In this document: positions 59,061 to 64,000 of the stretch, in pieces
Numbering within the stretch: the first letter of the stretch is position 1
How the letters are laid out: each line of letters begins with the position of its first letter
Source: Thermodesulfobacteriota bacterium
GTDB lineage: Bacteria; Desulfobacterota; Binatia; Bin18
Length of the DNA: 64,000 nt
Direction of reading: 5' to 3'
Assembly: GCA_964291405.2 (NCBI GenBank)
Contig: OZ219926.1
Span: 1,216,001-1,280,000 of the forward strand
Program-made: the position numbers and the translations under genes
The notes under the pieces: generated by a model
Seen by the model: the letters and a program-made list of their open reading frames with translations, nothing else
Databases searched by the model: none
What the model was told of the DNA's origin: nothing

Positions 59061-59882
59061 ATGCCCTACGCGAACGATAACGGAGTCAAGTTATGGTACG
59101 ACGTGAATGGAACCGGCGAGCCGCTGGTTGTCAGCGGAGGATTCGGCCTTTTACACGACCAATTCGCGTATATCCGAGATCTGCTCACACCCCACCTCCA
59201 AGTGATCGATTGGCATTACCGGGGCGCCGGCTTGTCGGACCGCGCGTGGCCCGGCGGTTATCCTTTTGATCGCTGGGTCGATGACTTAGAGGTGATTCTG
59301 GATCAGGCGGGTCTCGATGCGGTCCATCTGTGGGGGACTTCGACCGGCGCACCGCTGAATGTCCGGTTTGCTGCCCGGCATCCCGAGCGTGTCAAAAGCC
59401 TTATCACCTATCCTGGGATTTCTTTTAGCCCCGAGAGCCGCCGCATGTTTCAGGTCTTTCAAGACGTGACCGAAGCGTTCGGATACGAGGCGTTAGGGCG
59501 CCTGACCCAATGGATAGGCAGCGCCGAGCACAACGTGTTCGGCGACAGGGCCAATGAGATCGCCCTTTTTGAAATCGAGTCTTTCAAGCGGAATTTTTCC
59601 ATCCCGTCTCTGGCAAAGACGCTGGAAACTTTTTCCCATTGTGACCTGTCTGCCGATGTCGCCAGGCTCACCATGCCGGTCCTGGTGTTCATGGGGAACT
59701 CCGGCCATCTGGGAGCGGCCACACCAGGACAAACCGCGGCAATCGAAGCTTTTACAGCCCTGTGCCCCCATGCCGAGGTGAGGCTCGTTGAGAACGGCGG
59801 CGGGACCTATCACATGATCGAGCAGCCCGAACCGACGGCTGCTATTGTCATTGATTTTGTGAACGCCCATGCCGGAGCCTGA
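59061..59882 (+). CDS. Alpha/beta hydrolase
   Basis: RGAGLSD, GTSTG, C-terminal H; AGGAGG RBS before 59061. Confidence 0.82.
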   Translation: MPYANDNGVKLWYDVNGTGEPLVVSGGFGLLHDQFAYIRDLLTPHLQVIDWHYRGAGLSDRAWPGGYPFDRWVDDLEVILDQAGLDAVHLWGTSTGAPLNVRFAARHPERVKSLITYPGISFSPESRRMFQVFQDVTEAFGYEALGRLTQWIGSAEHNVFGDRANEIALFEIESFKRNFSIPSLAKTLETFSHCDLSADVARLTMPVLVFMGNSGHLGAATPGQTAAIEAFTALCPHAEVRLVENGGGTYHMIEQPEPTAAIVIDFVNAHAGA

Positions 59883-59942
59883 GCGAAGCCGGAAAGGAGG
59901 AAAGAGTTTGATTATGTGTTGCGTTTGTGTCACATTCTACGC

Positions 59943-60203
59943 ATGAATAAGTCAGCGGTCATACACGCGCGGATAGAGCCCCAAATAAAAAATCAAGCCG
60001 AGGGCGTTCTCCAGAAGCTTGGACTCAGTCCCACGGAAGCGATTCGGCTCTTCTACCGCCAGATTTGTCTACGCGGAGGTCTCCCGTTTCCAGTCCTTAT
60101 CCCTAACAAATTGACGGCCAAGACGCTGAAGAAAAGCCAGCGGGGGGAGGACGTCGACACATTCGACTCACTGGAGGATATGCTTGAGAGCTGGGAGAAA
60201 TGA
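59943..60203 (+). CDS. dinJ: RelB/DinJ family antitoxin
   Basis: ARI....K..AE.VL..LGLS...AIRLF..QI....GLPF....PN..T. Confidence 0.88.
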   Translation: MNKSAVIHARIEPQIKNQAEGVLQKLGLSPTEAIRLFYRQICLRGGLPFPVLIPNKLTAKTLKKSQRGEDVDTFDSLEDMLESWEK

Positions 60204-60469
60204 AAAAGCTCTCCCAGACAAAGCAATTCGTGCGGGATGTCAGACGGATGCGCCGCCGCGGTAAAGATATTGGCAAGCTCAAGACCGTAGTGGGCCAGTT
60301 GGCACAGGGAAGGGCTCTTGATGCAAAACACCGCGATCATGCACTGACAGGGATGTGGAAGAATTACCGCGACTGCCATATCGAGCCGGATTGGGTCTTG
60401 ATCTATTCGATGGACAGGAACAATCTTCGACTTGAGCGTACAGGCTCACACAGCGACCTTTTCGAATAG
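60200..60469 (+). CDS. yafQ: YafQ family mRNA interferase toxin
   Basis: RDHALTG.W...RDCHIEPDWVLIY, RTGSHSDLF; ATGA overlap with the antitoxin gene. Confidence 0.92.
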   Translation: MKKLSQTKQFVRDVRRMRRRGKDIGKLKTVVGQLAQGRALDAKHRDHALTGMWKNYRDCHIEPDWVLIYSMDRNNLRLERTGSHSDLFE

Positions 60470-60601
60470 CCGTGTCTAAGCGAGATCGTGGGAATTCGTG
60501 TAGGAGTCAAAATGTAATTCCCGAAGGAGGACCCTGCCAAACCTTGACGGCAGGTCGAGCGCTTTGCGATAAGAAGGTATCCAGTCTAAAGGAGGGGTCC
60601 T

Positions 60602-62041
60602 ATGCTCGATTGCATTATCAAAGGTGGACAGGTCGTTACTCCCCAGGCAGTCGGGGAAATGGATGTCGGCATCCAGGGCGAAAAGATCGTCGCCGTAGGC
60701 TGGTCAGGCACGCTGTCTGAACAAGCCACCCAGGTGATTGACGCCAGCGGTAAAATTGTCATCCCGGGCGGTATCGAGCCGCACGCGCATATCGGTATTC
60801 CCGTGCCGAGTGAGTGGTCGGGTCAGCCGGATATCATGACCCAGCCACCCCAGGACGCCAGCCGGGCCGCGGCGTTCGGTGGTGTCACGACTATCGTCGA
60901 TTTCGCCGGGGATCTGAGTTTTGCAGAGGTCGAAGACGCAACACCCAAATCCATCATGAGTGTCGTGGAGGAACGCCGCAGTGTGTTTCGCACGCACTCC
61001 TATACTGACTATACGTTTCATTACATTCTGGCGGGCGAGGTCGCGCCGGAGACGATCGGCGAGATTGGCGAGGCCATACAGGAAGGGGTCGCCAGTTTCA
61101 AAATCTTTACCACCTTCCATCCCATCCGGGTCCCCTACGGACATCTGTGGACGATCTTTGCCGAGGTGGCCAAGCACGGCGGCATTATGGCGGTCCACGC
61201 CGAAGAAGACGAAGTCGTGCGCTATATGACCGAAAAGCTCAAGCGTGAGGGCCGCGACCAGGGGTATAACCTCCACCTCGTTCACAACAACATCTCTGAA
61301 GATTTGGCCTTCCGTCATATCATCCGTCTGGCCCAACATACTGAGGCGGGCATTTATTTTGTGCATACGACCGCCAAAGAAGGCGTGGCAGCAATCGCTG
61401 AGGCGCGCGCCGCGGGTCAGCCGGTGTATGGCGAGGCGCTCCACAACTATCTCCAGTTTACCTGCGATGATTACAAAAAACCCGGCGGAACCGCGATTCA
61501 TACCTATCCGGCCATTAAGTTCGCGGATGACCGAGACGCGCTGATCTCCGGCTTGATGGACGGTCGTCTGGCGACCACGGCCACAGATGAATACACGACC
61601 CATAAAGGCCCGAAGCTGTGGGGCGATACCATTGAGACCGTCTGTGGCGGGCATAACGGCATTGAGACCCGCATGCCGGTCGCCTTCACCAAGTTTGTGG
61701 CAGAGCGCAATGTGTCTCTGCAACGCTTTGTTGATATTACCTCAGCCAACGCCGCCAAACTCCTCGGGCTCTACCCCCAGAAGGGGGCGATTCAGCCGGG
61801 GAGCGATGCCGATATCGTCCTGATTGATCCCGACATGCAAAAAACCCTCACCATGGACGATCTGCATGCCGACTCTGACTACAGCATCTGGGAGGGCTTC
61901 ACCTGCCTGGGCTATCCGGTGTTGACCATGCTGCGCGGCAAGGTGATTGTTGAGCAGGGCAACCTGGTCGGGAGTTCGACTGACGGCCAATGGCTCAAAC
62001 GGCGGGTGTCGGGGGATATCATCTCCCGACCAGTGGTATAG
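60602..62041 (+). CDS. Dihydropyrimidinase / hydantoinase-like cyclic amidohydrolase
   Basis: PGGIEPHAH, AAFGGVTT, SFKIF, VHAE, VH, NAAKLLGLYPQKG.I.PGSDAD. Confidence 0.85.
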   Translation: MLDCIIKGGQVVTPQAVGEMDVGIQGEKIVAVGWSGTLSEQATQVIDASGKIVIPGGIEPHAHIGIPVPSEWSGQPDIMTQPPQDASRAAAFGGVTTIVDFAGDLSFAEVEDATPKSIMSVVEERRSVFRTHSYTDYTFHYILAGEVAPETIGEIGEAIQEGVASFKIFTTFHPIRVPYGHLWTIFAEVAKHGGIMAVHAEEDEVVRYMTEKLKREGRDQGYNLHLVHNNISEDLAFRHIIRLAQHTEAGIYFVHTTAKEGVAAIAEARAAGQPVYGEALHNYLQFTCDDYKKPGGTAIHTYPAIKFADDRDALISGLMDGRLATTATDEYTTHKGPKLWGDTIETVCGGHNGIETRMPVAFTKFVAERNVSLQRFVDITSANAAKLLGLYPQKGAIQPGSDADIVLIDPDMQKTLTMDDLHADSDYSIWEGFTCLGYPVLTMLRGKVIVEQGNLVGSSTDGQWLKRRVSGDIISRPVV

Positions 62042-62065
62042 AGCCCTGAGGACCGGGAGGGTTGC

Positions 62066-62668
62066 ATGAAAAAAGTAGGCGGAGTGCTGGCCTGGCATCC
62101 CGAAGTGGCCATGACCCAGGAAGAGATCGACGATTTTCTGTCCGGGCGCTGGGTTGTGCGCCTGGCAACACTTGCGCGGGACGGATATCCGCACGTGACT
62201 CCGCTGTGGTACTACTGGGACGGTCAGTGTCTCTATCTCGCCCTGACCCGGAATCGACTCGCCTTCAAACACCTCAACCGCGACCCGCGCTGCTCGGCCG
62301 CCATTGATATGGATGACCGCCCGCTTATGGGTATGCGGACCAATCTGGCCAAGGCGGTGGTGATCAAAGGCAAGGCGGAAATGGTGGCGGTTGGCTCAGG
62401 GAAAACCGTGCAGATCGAGGCCGGTCCGTGGCAGGGTGAGCATACCCCGGAACACCTGCTGACCTTGCTTGCCAGACGCTATAGCCTCTCCGCACACGAT
62501 GGGGCGCTCGGCTTTAGTCACGAGGAGTTTGGCGAGCTCTTCGCTCGGCCCGAGGGACGGGACAGCCAGCTCTTTAAGGACAACGAAGGCCGCGTCATCA
62601 CAAAAATTCGACCGCAAAAGATCCAAGCCTGGGACTTCTCAAAGGCACCTATGGGCTATGTAGAGTGA
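62066..62668 (+). CDS. Pyridoxamine 5'-phosphate oxidase-like (split-barrel flavin/F420) protein
   Basis: RLATL..DGYPHVTPLWY, RDPR, I..WDF. Confidence 0.82.
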   Translation: MKKVGGVLAWHPEVAMTQEEIDDFLSGRWVVRLATLARDGYPHVTPLWYYWDGQCLYLALTRNRLAFKHLNRDPRCSAAIDMDDRPLMGMRTNLAKAVVIKGKAEMVAVGSGKTVQIEAGPWQGEHTPEHLLTLLARRYSLSAHDGALGFSHEEFGELFARPEGRDSQLFKDNEGRVITKIRPQKIQAWDFSKAPMGYVE

Positions 62669-62686
62669 CGCGCAAGGAGACATGGC

Positions 62687-63595
62687 ATGACACGTTCTTT
62701 CACAGTGGCCGCGGCCCAGCTCGGGCCGAGTTCCGACACCAAGGCCCAGACCGTCGAACGCATGGTCGCGCTGATTCAGGAAGCCGGACGGCGAGACGTC
62801 GAATTACTGACCTTTTCCGAGCTTTCCCTGACCCCGTATTTTGCCACACGGGTACGCGAAGACTGGCAGGATTTCCCTGAAGACGGCCTGCCTTCGCCGC
62901 TGACCCAGCCGCTTTTTGAGGCCGCGCGTCAGGCTGGACTGCACTGGGTCTTTCCCTTTGCCGAGCGCGAAAATGGCCGTGTCTATAATACCGCAGTTCT
63001 CATTGATCCGACCGGAGCCATTGTCCAGAAATACCGAAAGGCTCATATTCCCGGTGTGGTCGAGCCGCGGTGGGAGGGCCTCGATATTTTTGAAAAGCGC
63101 TATTTTACCGAGGGGAATCTGGGCTTTCCGGTGACAGCGTTACGGACCGGCGAGTCAGCCAAGCTGGGCATGCTCATCTGTTATGACCGGCGGTTCTCAG
63201 AGGCCTACCGGGCACTCGCGCTCGGCGGGGCTGAGCTGCTCTGCATTCCATACAATACACCCACGTTTGGCCGCCCCCGAGAAGAAGGGCATGAAACCGC
63301 CGAAATTCTCCTGCGCGCCGCAGCCATAGAGAACCAACTCTTTATTGTCGCAGCCGGAAAAGCCGGCGTTGAAGATGGCGTCGAGTATATCGGGGGCAGC
63401 GAGGTCATCTCGCCCGAGGGGAAGGTATTAGCCAAGGCCCAGACCGACGGGGATGAACTGGTCATCGCAACGATCGACCTGGATGCGATTACCCAACTCA
63501 AAGCCAAGTGGGATTTCATGCCGGACCGCCGGCCGGAGCTATACCAGCCCCTCTCAGACGAGGACGGTACACCCACAGAGTCAGCGGGAAAGTGA
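62687..63595 (+). CDS. Carbon-nitrogen hydrolase (N-carbamoyl-amino acid hydrolase-like)
   Basis: FSEL..TPYF, YRKAHIPG, EKRYF..G..GFPV, ICYDRRF, DRRPELY. Confidence 0.88.
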   Translation: MTRSFTVAAAQLGPSSDTKAQTVERMVALIQEAGRRDVELLTFSELSLTPYFATRVREDWQDFPEDGLPSPLTQPLFEAARQAGLHWVFPFAERENGRVYNTAVLIDPTGAIVQKYRKAHIPGVVEPRWEGLDIFEKRYFTEGNLGFPVTALRTGESAKLGMLICYDRRFSEAYRALALGGAELLCIPYNTPTFGRPREEGHETAEILLRAAAIENQLFIVAAGKAGVEDGVEYIGGSEVISPEGKVLAKAQTDGDELVIATIDLDAITQLKAKWDFMPDRRPELYQPLSDEDGTPTESAGK

Positions 63596-63633
63596 GAGCA
63601 GCATTCGCGACTGCGCGTAAGACTGTGGAAGAA

Positions 63634-64000
63634 ATGACGATGAAAGCCGAGCACGACGCATCTGAACGTCGAGCGCGCTGTAGCGTGTCGGACGAAGAAA
63701 TCCCGATCCTTGATTTGGGCCCGTTTCTCGCGGGACAGGACGGGGCGGCCGAAAAGACTGCGGCGGAACTGCGCTCCGCGCTCGAGCAGATTGGTTTCTT
63801 CTATATTCTGAACCACGGTGTTGCCAGAACGCTGCGCGACCGCCTGCTTGAGCAGACCGCGGCGTTCTACCGCCTGCCGCTTGAGCGGAAGCTGCCGCTC
63901 AAGATGGACGCCTACGGGGTCGGCTATGTACCCAGGCGGGGCGAGTTGCTCAAAACCTCACCGTATTACACCGGCACGAAAAAACCCGATGTGTGTGAAG
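63634..64000 (+). CDS. 2-oxoglutarate/Fe(II) oxygenase, isopenicillin N synthase family (5' part only)
   Basis: Manual translation ...EEIPILDLGPFL...AELRSALEQIGFFYILNHGV...FYRLPLERK; runs off the window end; not in the ORF track. Confidence 0.88.
   Translation, partial: MTMKAEHDASERRARCSVSDEEIPILDLGPFLAGQDGAAEKTAAELRSALEQIGFFYILNHGVARTLRDRLLEQTAAFYRLPLERKLPLKMDAYGVGYVPRRGELLKTSPYYTGTKKPDVCE

Overview
A GC-rich bacterial chromosomal segment with about 60 genes, dominated by paralogous catabolic enzymes: 8 amidohydrolase-superfamily proteins, 4 luciferase-like (LLM) oxidoreductases, 2 Rieske oxygenase alpha subunits, 2 amidases, 2 nitrilase-family proteins, a Baeyer-Villiger monooxygenase, cupins and alpha/beta hydrolases. 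I recognised no dedicated transcription factor. The profile, plus an outer-membrane beta-barrel gene, resembles Binatia- or Entotheonella-like sponge symbionts (inference only). An accessory defence-like island at about 27.5-37.5 kb carries a truncated HicB, a single-chain restriction-modification (R-M) enzyme, a putative PIWI-associated-type nuclease, DUF488 x2, a dual-OB-type protein, TcmP, DUF5131 and a decayed DUF433 toxin-antitoxin locus. Copies of one GTAG-type REP separate its modules. Signals the ORF track misses: an AhpD-like CxxU selenoprotein (in-frame TGA plus a SECIS-like hairpin), a duplicated leader with a covarying palindrome in front of the outer-membrane gene, MITE-like ends that contain stop codons, a REP-like hairpin in frame inside the R-M gene, a NicX-like ring-cleavage cluster, a nitrilase homolog without the catalytic Cys, and a frameshifted LLM gene. 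All family calls come from recognising motifs by eye; no database search was run.
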